Positions 19,009 to 27,402 of a stretch of 64,000 bases of DNA are shown here, in pieces. Both the position numbers and the translations under genes were made by a program. Source of the DNA: a virus (Duplodnaviria; Caudoviricetes); IMG/VR virus record IMGVR_UViG_3300030708_003042, positions 759-64,758 of that record; one strand, written 5' to 3'. The notes beneath the pieces were generated by a model that had not been told where the DNA came from, ran no database searches, and saw only the letters and a list, made by a program, of their open reading frames with translations. The first letter of the stretch is position 1. Each line of letters opens with the position of its first letter.

Positions 19009-19331
19009 CTTGTTATAAATTTGTCACTGATGATAGAAAACCAGTTCTAATTGAACACTCTAAGATCTGTTATCCACCAGCAAATGAGAATAATATTGAT
19101 CAGGTGGACACATCATATCCTGGTATAGTCTTAGAATTTGATAAAGGGTATCTGTTAGAGGATGGTGTTCATAGAATTGCTAAACTTCAAAAGCAAGGTA
19201 TTTTTGAATCATTGTTTTATGTTGTCACCATTGAAGAATATAAAAAAGGTGTGGTTCATATGATGTTTCAGGGAGAACCAATCCCCCTGGGTGAGTGGAA
19301 CCACAATCAACTTTCACCAACTTCACACTAA
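18975..19331 (+). CDS. Hypothetical protein with ParB/Srx-like DG.HR motif
   Basis: YPGIV...YLLEDGVHRIAKL. Confidence 0.45.
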   Translation: MYTPKSVVGIMTCYKFVTDDRKPVLIEHSKICYPPANENNIDQVDTSYPGIVLEFDKGYLLEDGVHRIAKLQKQGIFESLFYVVTIEEYKKGVVHMMFQGEPIPLGEWNHNQLSPTSH

Positions 19332-19353
19332 ATATTTAAAAAATTTTATTGAA

Positions 19354-20463
19354 ATGGGATTTGCAGTAACATCATATAAAGATGATGCAGTTGGTATTTT
19401 ATCAGCAAGAATTGTTTCGCTTGATCAGACCTTAAATTTTCCTGAGAGTATCACTCAACTTCAGGTTGACCAAGATAGATATGAAATGTTTAAAAAACCT
19501 GCTGAAAAGGTAGATGCAAACTGCTTGAGTAGATTTATTGACCCCATCAATGCTGCTAAACAAGTTGTTATAAACACTGGATCAGGAGATAATTTCTGGA
19601 GTAATTATGAACTTCATGCAAGTGAAAGTGCAGCCATTAGTAAACTGAACTCCATATATGGCAACTATACTGATCCTGATGGATTATATTCTTCAAGAGA
19701 TGCAGCACCTGCCCTTGAATTCACAGGACTTGGCACTCTTCCCATAGCTGGTAATTTTTCTGCTGGTATTGCTGTTTCAGATGCTAATGGAGGTGCTGGA
19801 GTTCTTGCTTTTGACTTTAACCCAGTTGTAGGTGTTTCAACTGTAGCAATTGTAAAAAATGTTACTGGATCTTTTTCATCTGGTGTAGGAAATACTGTTT
19901 ACTTTGGTGGAAGTGCTTACAATAATAATGATGGTATCAAATATATTGGGGTGGGAAGGATTTATCAAGATGTTGCTGTTATGCATATTCATCCTAAACT
20001 TGAACCACCTGATCCTGGAACAGATGACATCTTTGGAAATTCAAGTAATGTTCTTCTTACTACATCCAATAAAGGTGTAGGATTTGCTAATACATTTTAC
20101 AGAAATGGTTTAAACACCTCAACTTCTTCACCTTCACCAAACTTAGATACATTTGTTCAAAGCACACCAGCACCTCCATTGATGGGTGAAGTCTTCACTT
20201 TTGATACAACTAGTGGTGCATCACAAAATACTATAATTACTAACAATAAAACCACTGTTAGAAATTTAAGAGTTGGTGATCCTACATCAAACAGTGTTGG
20301 TGTTGGTTCATTTAATCAAGCATCTGTTGAAATCAAGAAACAGAAGAAATCACATGCAGTTAATATATGGTCTGGAAAGAGAATGAGAGTTGTAGCAACA
20401 CAGGATAAAGCAGGATATCAAGCTGCTATTGATATTCTTTCAGACCCATCATACCAGGATTAA
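19354..20463 (+). CDS. Putative virion structural protein; likely start is ATG 19354, not 19291
   Basis: Late box TAAATA at 19329-19334; S/T/G/N-rich composition. Confidence 0.55.
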   Translation: MGFAVTSYKDDAVGILSARIVSLDQTLNFPESITQLQVDQDRYEMFKKPAEKVDANCLSRFIDPINAAKQVVINTGSGDNFWSNYELHASESAAISKLNSIYGNYTDPDGLYSSRDAAPALEFTGLGTLPIAGNFSAGIAVSDANGGAGVLAFDFNPVVGVSTVAIVKNVTGSFSSGVGNTVYFGGSAYNNNDGIKYIGVGRIYQDVAVMHIHPKLEPPDPGTDDIFGNSSNVLLTTSNKGVGFANTFYRNGLNTSTSSPSPNLDTFVQSTPAPPLMGEVFTFDTTSGASQNTIITNNKTTVRNLRVGDPTSNSVGVGSFNQASVEIKKQKKSHAVNIWSGKRMRVVATQDKAGYQAAIDILSDPSYQD

Positions 20464-20479
20464 AACTGGCACAATGCTC

Positions 20480-20508
20480 TTGACTCTGCCCTTACTCTGC
20501 CCTATACT
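20480..20508 (+). promoter_or_regulatory. Sigma70-like early promoter TTGACT-17-TATACT
   Basis: Boxes and spacing read directly; AAGGAGG follows. Confidence 0.75.
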
Positions 20509-20529
20509 AAGGAGGTCAGCATAAATCTT

Positions 20530-20769
20530 ATGACCTCCTCTTACCAACCAGAAGACTATTATCGTGACAGTGAAGATGAAGAGTATCTGACCAAAGTTGT
20601 TGTGGACACTTGTGGACGCAAGTTCTACTTGTATTCTAATGAAGGTGAGACAAGAGAAGTTGATTGTGATAATGTAGAAGAGTTCATGAATGTGTTAGAA
20701 CTTGTGAGGGGTGTATGTGATGAGGAGATTGTTTCCTATGCTGAACCCCTGGTCAAAAACCAACTTTAA
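20530..20769 (+). CDS. Acidic small hypothetical protein
   Basis: ORF behind a sigma70 promoter and AGGAGG. Confidence 0.65.
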   Translation: MTSSYQPEDYYRDSEDEEYLTKVVVDTCGRKFYLYSNEGETREVDCDNVEEFMNVLELVRGVCDEEIVSYAEPLVKNQL

Positions 20770-20828
20770 TTTCAAAAATGGGGGAAAAAATTCTCCAGGA
20801 AAAAAATGACCCCTTTACTTTTTTTTAA

Positions 20829-20999
20829 ATGAGACCTGAGACTAGAAAATCCATGGAAATGCTGTTTTCTGCTAAGTGGAACTTGCCTAAAGCAGCAAAA
20901 CACGCTAACCTGACTAACAAGGAGATGAAAATCACCTTCAATGAGTATTGTGCATTTCATGCACCAACTTGGGACTCTGATGGGAGTGTGGCGGAATAG
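20829..20999 (+). CDS. Small hypothetical protein (56 aa, MRPETRKSMEMLFSAKWNLPKAA...) overlapping the tRNA 5' end
   Basis: Hand-translated ORF; stop TAG lies inside the tRNA D-loop. Confidence 0.55.
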   Translation: MRPETRKSMEMLFSAKWNLPKAAKHANLTNKEMKITFNEYCAFHAPTWDSDGSVAE

Positions 21000-21066
21000 G
21001 TAGACGCACCAGACTTAAAATCTGTTAAGCATTGTGCTTGTGGGGGTTCAAGTCCCCCCACTCCCA
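20982..21066 (+). tRNA. trnL: tRNA-Leu(UAA), 85 nt, CCA not encoded
   Basis: Acceptor GGGAGTG/CACTCCC, D-loop GGCGGAATAGGTAGACGC, anticodon loop CT-TAA-AA, long variable arm, GGGGG-TTCAAGT-CCCCC T-arm. Confidence 0.95.
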
Positions 21067-21114
21067 TGATATATAAGGTGCCCCTGTGGCATTAATACAC
21101 ACAATACACCTTAT

Positions 21115-21426
21115 ATGTACCCAACACCAAACAAATACGACAAAATCTACACAAAATCTAGAAACCCATACAAAAAGAATATTCCAGTAGAAAAACTCAT
21201 AGATGAAAAGTATAATCAACTTAGATTTTATTTCAGATGTGAAAGTTCATTCTTCAATAAAACAATGAAAGTCAATCTTTGGTACTCAGAGCACTCCAGT
21301 GAATGGAGATGGACTTTATGTTGTGATGAAGACCCCAAAATACAAGAAAGTGGTGGTCAGGAAGATTTGAGAGAGGCAATGAATGATATTGCTAATACAG
21401 TAGAATATTTAAGGGCAACTAAATAA
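21115..21426 (+). CDS. Hypothetical protein
   Basis: Intact ORF followed by a terminator. Confidence 0.6.
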   Translation: MYPTPNKYDKIYTKSRNPYKKNIPVEKLIDEKYNQLRFYFRCESSFFNKTMKVNLWYSEHSSEWRWTLCCDEDPKIQESGGQEDLREAMNDIANTVEYLRATK

Positions 21427-21448
21427 GTTGTGTGAAGGAAGTGCAAGA

Positions 21449-21474
21449 GGGGGGCAAGTTGCCTCCCTTTTTTT
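21449..21474 (+). terminator. Intrinsic terminator
   Basis: GGGGGGCA-AGT-TGCCTCCC stem followed by a T7 run. Confidence 0.75.
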
Positions 21475-21479
21475 GCGGA

Positions 21480-21485
21480 TAAATA
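21480..21485 (+). promoter_or_regulatory. Late promoter TAAATA opening the fibre array
   Basis: ~30 nt upstream of ATG 21514. Confidence 0.7.
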
Positions 21486-21513
21486 AGTCATAATAGAAAG
21501 TCTGCGTAGAGAA

Positions 21514-24500
21514 ATGCCCTTAGCACGTCTTGATAATTTCCTGAAGAATGTAAGAGGAAATATCCTTTATGTCAGTCCCAATGACCTAGATTCTACTGAC
21601 TCAATTGAGAATCAGGGTAATTCTGCAGCACGTCCCTTTAAAACTATTCAAAGGGCACTGATTGAGGCAGCAAGGTTCTCATATCAGAAGGGATTGGACA
21701 ATGATAGATTTGGTAAAACCACCATTCTGTTGATGCCTGGTGATCACCTTATTGATAATAGACCAGGATTTATTCCACTAACAGGGTCAAACTATCTCCA
21801 AAGAAATGGTGTTGAGACAACAGGTTTTTCTGCTTTTGATGCAAACACCAACTTTGATGTTGAATCACCAGACAATGCATTATATAAGTTAAACAGTGTC
21901 CATGGTGGTGTCATTGTACCCAGAGGTACGTCTATTGTTGGTTATGATCTGAGAAAGACAAAGATCAGACCACTTTATGTTCCAGATCCCACTAATGCAA
22001 ATATTGAAAGAACTGCCATCTTCAGAATAACTGGTGGATGTTATTTCTGGCAGATGACATTCTTTGATGGTAGACCAAATGGGTTGGTTTATAAGAACTA
22101 CACACCATCACAGTTTGTTCCAAACTTCTCACACCATAAAGTAACTTGTTTTGAGTACGCTGATGGTGTAAACAAGGTCTTTATTAATGATGCTTTCAAT
22201 GTAAACAAGCAGTTTGATAGAACTGACCTTGACATGTATTATGAGAAGGTTGGTCTGGCATATGGACCTGCCTCTGGTAGAACAATTGAACCAGACTTCC
22301 CATCATCTGGACTTGATATTCAGGCAAAGGTTGATGAATTTAGAATTGTTGGACCAAAAGGTGGTTCTGTAGGAATCTCCACAATTAAAGCAGGAGATGG
22401 CACCACTGGAACCAAAACAATCACAGTCAACCTTGGAACAGGTGCTGGTAATGTTCAGGGCATTGAGGGTCTCCAAGTAGACACAATGTTCCAGGTAAAT
22501 GATTGTGCTGACTCAGCGTATAATGGACAATTTGTTGTAGATAGTATTACTAAGGTAGATGGTGCTACTGGAAGAGTTCTTGAATTCACATATCAAGTTC
22601 CTGTAATTCCAACAGATGCATTGGAGAATCCAGCATCTGCTACTATTACTTTAGACACAGATACTGTTAAATCAGCATCACCATATATTTTCAATATCTC
22701 AATGAGATCAGTGTATGGCATGTGTGGTATGCACGCTGATGGTAGTAAGGCAGGTGGATTTAAGTCCATGGTTGTGGCACAGTTTACTGGTGTGTCACTT
22801 CAGAAGGATGACCAAGCATTCATCAAATATAAGACTGATGGAACATTTGAGAGAGGAACACCAAATATTCACAGTGATGGTGATGCTAAGTATCACCCAG
22901 ATTATTACAGTTATCACATCAAAGCATCAAATAACTCTGTAATTCAGATTGTATCTGTATTTGCTATTGGTTATGCACAACAATTCCTCACAGAGTCTGG
23001 TGGTGACTTCTCAGTTACCAACTCTAACTCCAACTTTGGTGAAATTGCTCTTAACTCAGTAAGTTATAGGGAAGAAGCGTTTGCTAAGGATGATGTAGGA
23101 TACATCACACATATTATTCCACCACAGGAGATTACATCAAGCAGCTTTAACCTTGAATATGATGCTATTGATGTTCTTAAGACATTGAGTGTTGCTGCAG
23201 GTGCTGCAACAACATCAAAATTATTCTTAGCAGAGAAAACTAATGTTGATGATGCTCCAAATACTCTTGTGCAGGGATATAGAATTGGTGCTGCTGTAAA
23301 TGACACAATCAATGTAGGTATCTCATCTGATATCACTGGCACCAAGAATTATGCCTCTAGGATTTCAATGCCTGGAACCACAGATACTGCTTCAATGAAG
23401 GAGTTTACTGTTGGAAGAGTAGGAACTGCAAATAGTATTACTAGTGATATCATCACCCTGACTCAAAACCATACCTTCCTTAATGGTGAGACAATCAGAT
23501 TTATCTCTGAAGATGCAAGACTGCCTGATGGACTTGAGAATAACAAAGTTTACTTTGCAATCACAGATGGTTTAAATGCTGATCAACTTAAAGTAGCATC
23601 AACATTTACTGAAGCATCTGCTGGACAACAACTGCCTTTGAATAATCTTGGTGGTTCACTTAAGGTACAGAGTAGGGTAAGTGATAAGATTGTTGGAGAT
23701 CTAGGTCACCCAATTCAGTTTGATACTGTTAATGAGCAGTGGTATATTAATGTACCCACAGATTTGTCACTGAATAGTATTTACCATGCTATTAAGGGTA
23801 TTGGATCTGGAATTGTGGGTGATGCAACCTCAAGAACCTTCATCACAAGAAAATCTGATACCAGACCACTTGGTGATAAGATTTATAAGTTTAGATATGT
23901 TCTTCCAGCTGGTGCTGGTATTTCATCTGCTAGAGAACCTCTCACTTCATATGTTGTTGAGGAGTCAAATACTGTTATTGGTGCAACAAACAGTGAAGTA
24001 GCACTGCAGTTTAGTCCTACTCCTCAGACAATGAGTAATCAGTCTGAATTGAGAAACTTTAGATTCATTAAAAATGCTACTACTGATGGCACATTTAATT
24101 ACTTTACCAGTGAACTTCCTCATGGTCTAACACTTGGTTCAGAGGTAAGAATTAATCAGGTTACTAGTACAGTAAACCCAATTGGTATTGCAAACTCAGG
24201 TTATAACCAGAAGTACACTGTTGTTTCTGTTCCTAAGTCTGACCAATTTGTTGTTGAGATGGGTACACAGAACCCAGGAACATTCACAAATAATACATCA
24301 CAAAGAAATACAAGTCTCCCTAACTTCAATAGAGTCAAGGCACCAAATAACTATTTCATCTATGATGTAAACACCATCAATGAATATAAGACTGGTGTTC
24401 AAGATGGTGTTTACTATCTGACCATTGTTGATGCTACTAATACACCAACAATTGCACCATATAATGACAGACAGAAGTTTGCTTTCCCACAACCAATTAA

Positions 24501-27402
24501 GGATCTCTTCCCACAATATGATAGAGACAATCCTAACTCAAACCCTGACGCTGCCACAGCATATGCTTCATCTAGAACTCTAGGTAATGTAGAGATTGAT
24601 GATCCTAAGCACTCTCTCACAAGATTTGTTGCTTCTCAGGGTCAGGTTGACCTTGCTGTTGGTTTTGGTATTACTGATATTGTATCCAACTCTGCTGGCA
24701 CTGCTCATACAATCTTCACTAAGACTGAGCATGGTCTTAATAGAATTACAGATGTAAGCATTACTATTGCTGGTCAAGGTTATGGTAACAATACTGGTGG
24801 TGTAGAGAGTCTGTATAATGCCACACTTACAGGTGGAAATGGTGTAGATGCAAGTGCCAGAATCACAGTTGACTCTTCTGGCTCAGTCACAGATGTTGAG
24901 ATAATGAACCCAGGTTCAGATTATCAGGTTGGTGATCTTCTTAACATTTCTGGTACATCAACATTCACACCATTCCAAACTGCACAAGTAAGAGTAGACA
25001 AGATTCTCAATAATGTTGGTGACACCATTAGAGTTGAAAATATCACATCATTTGAAAGAAAAGAATATAACAAGTTGTATGAAATTACAGGAATTTCTAC
25101 AAATAAGGAACTCCAAGTTACATCAATTGGAAGCACAATTTCAAATCCATCATTCACTGGAATTGGTGCCACAGTAACAAATGGTGCATTTGGCACACTT
25201 ACTGGTATTGGTCTTACTGTAGATAATACAAAGTTTGTCTATGATAATACCTCAGGTATTGCTACTGTAACCACTACTGCAAATCATGGATTTAGAGCAA
25301 GTAATCAAATCACAATTGATGGTTCTAATGCATCATTGTTCAATGGTGACTTTATTGTTAAGAAAATTGTTGGTCTGACTACTTTCACTGTTGATATTGG
25401 TAAGAGTGATACAGCACCAAGTATTAGTGGTTCTGTAAGAGCATACACTCCAGGTTTGATTCCACAACCAGGTATCATTAACTTGTTTGATGAAAACTTT
25501 GGTGGTAGAGTTCTTAATGTTTATGATAACCTGACAGCACAACTCTCATCACCAGTTTCAACATTAGTTACTGATGAAGTCAATATTGCTAATTTAAATG
25601 ACTTTGACTTTAAGATTGGTGATTACATGAGAATTGATGATGAAATTATGAGAATTAAGACATCTGTCACCTCTAACCCCGTTAAGGTATTCAGAGGTCT
25701 GATGGGAACTAAAACTGCAACCCACATCTCTGGTTCTGTTGTAAGAAGAGTTCTTGTAGAACCAGTTGAACTTAGAAGACCATCTATCATCAGAGCATCT
25801 GGTCATACTTTTGAATATCTTGGTTTTGGTCCTGGCAACTACTCTACTGCTCTGCCTGAGAAGCAATCTAAGCAACCTACAACTAAGGAGCAACTTGCTA
25901 CTCAATCATTCAATAGTGCTGGTGGTATAACAGTATTTACTGGAATGAATGACAGAGGTGACTTCTTTGTTGGTAATAAGAAGATTTCCTCTAACACTGG
26001 TAAGGAAGAGGTGTTTGATACACCAATTCCAACAGTCACAGGTGAAGATATCTTCTCTGTTGGTACTGATACAGGTATTGATATCATCAACCCTGCTGAG
26101 GTTACAGTTTCCAGAGCAGTTAAAGTTGAAGGTGGTAACACTGGTAGTCTTCTGTCTCAGTTTGATGGTCCTGTTCTGTTTAACAAGAAGATTACTTCTA
26201 CCTCACCAGAGGGTATTGAGGCAAACCATGTATTCATCCAGGGTGATGCCACTGTATCAAGAAAATATTCAGTTGGTATTGCTACTCCAACAAATTCTGC
26301 CACAGCAGGTGATGTAGTTTGGAAAGCACAACCTGAAGAGGGTGGACACCATGGTTGGGTCTACACAACAGATAATGAGTGGTATCCATTTGGTAACATC
26401 AGCATTAACAAGGATAAACAAATCTATATCTTTGATGTCATTGGTGTTGGCACAAACTCACCTGGAACTAATACTTTACAAGTTGGTTCAGGTACATCAT
26501 TAGTTGCCATTGATGGTAATGGTGGTGTTGGTATTGGAACCACTGCCAATGGATATGATATTAGAACCAATGGTGAGGGTATCTTTGTTGGTTCAGGTGG
26601 TACTTACTATGGTGATGGTTCAGGACTTTATGGTCTGGCAAATGATAGTTTGTTTAGTGGTGTTACATCTGGTCTTGGAACAGGTATTCATCCTATCTCA
26701 AACCTCAATGTTGGAATTGGAACCACAGTATTTGATAACAAATTTACCCTTCAACTTGGTTCTCCAGGCACAGGTAAGACTGATTTGTTAGTCAATAATC
26801 AGTCAAGATTTATCTCAACAGCAACATTTGTTGGTGATGTTAATATTGGTGGTAGACTTGAAGCAACTAACTTTGATATTGACTCTTCATCTTCAAATAT
26901 AACAGTTGGTATTCTAACTGCCACTGAACTTTGCATAGGAACTGGTTGTACTATTCTTACTGTCAAAGCAACAGGTGTTGGCATTAATTCTACTCAACCA
27001 AGTGCTGCTCTTGATGTTACTGAACCTGCAAGAATTCAAAGTTCCTATGATTTCCCTCAGACAGTTACCAGTTCTTCTAACACAATCAATCTGAGGGTTG
27101 ATGAGGCAACTACATTCTTACATACCACCAGTGAGAATGTAAACAAATTTATCTTGTCTGGCATCAAAGCAGGTGCATCAGCATCCTTCACTCTTAAGAT
27201 TGTACAAAATGCTACAACAGCAAGAACAGTTGCAATAGACACATTTGAAACTACTGGAGGAGTGAATATACCAGTGTATTGGCCAGGTGGAGTGGTGCCA
27301 ACATTGACAAATGCTGTCAATGCAATTGATGTTTACTCTTATATCACATTTGATGGTGGTGCATCACTCTATGGAGTTGTAGGAGGACAGAACTTCTCAT
27401 GA
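21514..27402 (+). CDS. Very large virion structural/tail fibre protein (1962 aa) with C-terminal adapter domain
   Basis: MPLARLDNFLKN start, pectin-lyase-like N-region, many beta-sandwich repeats, C-terminal YWPGG..P...DVYSY domain. Confidence 0.7.
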   Translation: MPLARLDNFLKNVRGNILYVSPNDLDSTDSIENQGNSAARPFKTIQRALIEAARFSYQKGLDNDRFGKTTILLMPGDHLIDNRPGFIPLTGSNYLQRNGVETTGFSAFDANTNFDVESPDNALYKLNSVHGGVIVPRGTSIVGYDLRKTKIRPLYVPDPTNANIERTAIFRITGGCYFWQMTFFDGRPNGLVYKNYTPSQFVPNFSHHKVTCFEYADGVNKVFINDAFNVNKQFDRTDLDMYYEKVGLAYGPASGRTIEPDFPSSGLDIQAKVDEFRIVGPKGGSVGISTIKAGDGTTGTKTITVNLGTGAGNVQGIEGLQVDTMFQVNDCADSAYNGQFVVDSITKVDGATGRVLEFTYQVPVIPTDALENPASATITLDTDTVKSASPYIFNISMRSVYGMCGMHADGSKAGGFKSMVVAQFTGVSLQKDDQAFIKYKTDGTFERGTPNIHSDGDAKYHPDYYSYHIKASNNSVIQIVSVFAIGYAQQFLTESGGDFSVTNSNSNFGEIALNSVSYREEAFAKDDVGYITHIIPPQEITSSSFNLEYDAIDVLKTLSVAAGAATTSKLFLAEKTNVDDAPNTLVQGYRIGAAVNDTINVGISSDITGTKNYASRISMPGTTDTASMKEFTVGRVGTANSITSDIITLTQNHTFLNGETIRFISEDARLPDGLENNKVYFAITDGLNADQLKVASTFTEASAGQQLPLNNLGGSLKVQSRVSDKIVGDLGHPIQFDTVNEQWYINVPTDLSLNSIYHAIKGIGSGIVGDATSRTFITRKSDTRPLGDKIYKFRYVLPAGAGISSAREPLTSYVVEESNTVIGATNSEVALQFSPTPQTMSNQSELRNFRFIKNATTDGTFNYFTSELPHGLTLGSEVRINQVTSTVNPIGIANSGYNQKYTVVSVPKSDQFVVEMGTQNPGTFTNNTSQRNTSLPNFNRVKAPNNYFIYDVNTINEYKTGVQDGVYYLTIVDATNTPTIAPYNDRQKFAFPQPIKDLFPQYDRDNPNSNPDAATAYASSRTLGNVEIDDPKHSLTRFVASQGQVDLAVGFGITDIVSNSAGTAHTIFTKTEHGLNRITDVSITIAGQGYGNNTGGVESLYNATLTGGNGVDASARITVDSSGSVTDVEIMNPGSDYQVGDLLNISGTSTFTPFQTAQVRVDKILNNVGDTIRVENITSFERKEYNKLYEITGISTNKELQVTSIGSTISNPSFTGIGATVTNGAFGTLTGIGLTVDNTKFVYDNTSGIATVTTTANHGFRASNQITIDGSNASLFNGDFIVKKIVGLTTFTVDIGKSDTAPSISGSVRAYTPGLIPQPGIINLFDENFGGRVLNVYDNLTAQLSSPVSTLVTDEVNIANLNDFDFKIGDYMRIDDEIMRIKTSVTSNPVKVFRGLMGTKTATHISGSVVRRVLVEPVELRRPSIIRASGHTFEYLGFGPGNYSTALPEKQSKQPTTKEQLATQSFNSAGGITVFTGMNDRGDFFVGNKKISSNTGKEEVFDTPIPTVTGEDIFSVGTDTGIDIINPAEVTVSRAVKVEGGNTGSLLSQFDGPVLFNKKITSTSPEGIEANHVFIQGDATVSRKYSVGIATPTNSATAGDVVWKAQPEEGGHHGWVYTTDNEWYPFGNISINKDKQIYIFDVIGVGTNSPGTNTLQVGSGTSLVAIDGNGGVGIGTTANGYDIRTNGEGIFVGSGGTYYGDGSGLYGLANDSLFSGVTSGLGTGIHPISNLNVGIGTTVFDNKFTLQLGSPGTGKTDLLVNNQSRFISTATFVGDVNIGGRLEATNFDIDSSSSNITVGILTATELCIGTGCTILTVKATGVGINSTQPSAALDVTEPARIQSSYDFPQTVTSSSNTINLRVDEATTFLHTTSENVNKFILSGIKAGASASFTLKIVQNATTARTVAIDTFETTGGVNIPVYWPGGVVPTLTNAVNAIDVYSYITFDGGASLYGVVGGQNFS

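Noticed and set aside
20771-20826. A-tract and G/C-run segment as an ncRNA or bent-DNA element
   Set aside because: A-tracts are not consistently phased (11 then 15 bp) and pairing is weak; at most a poor terminator
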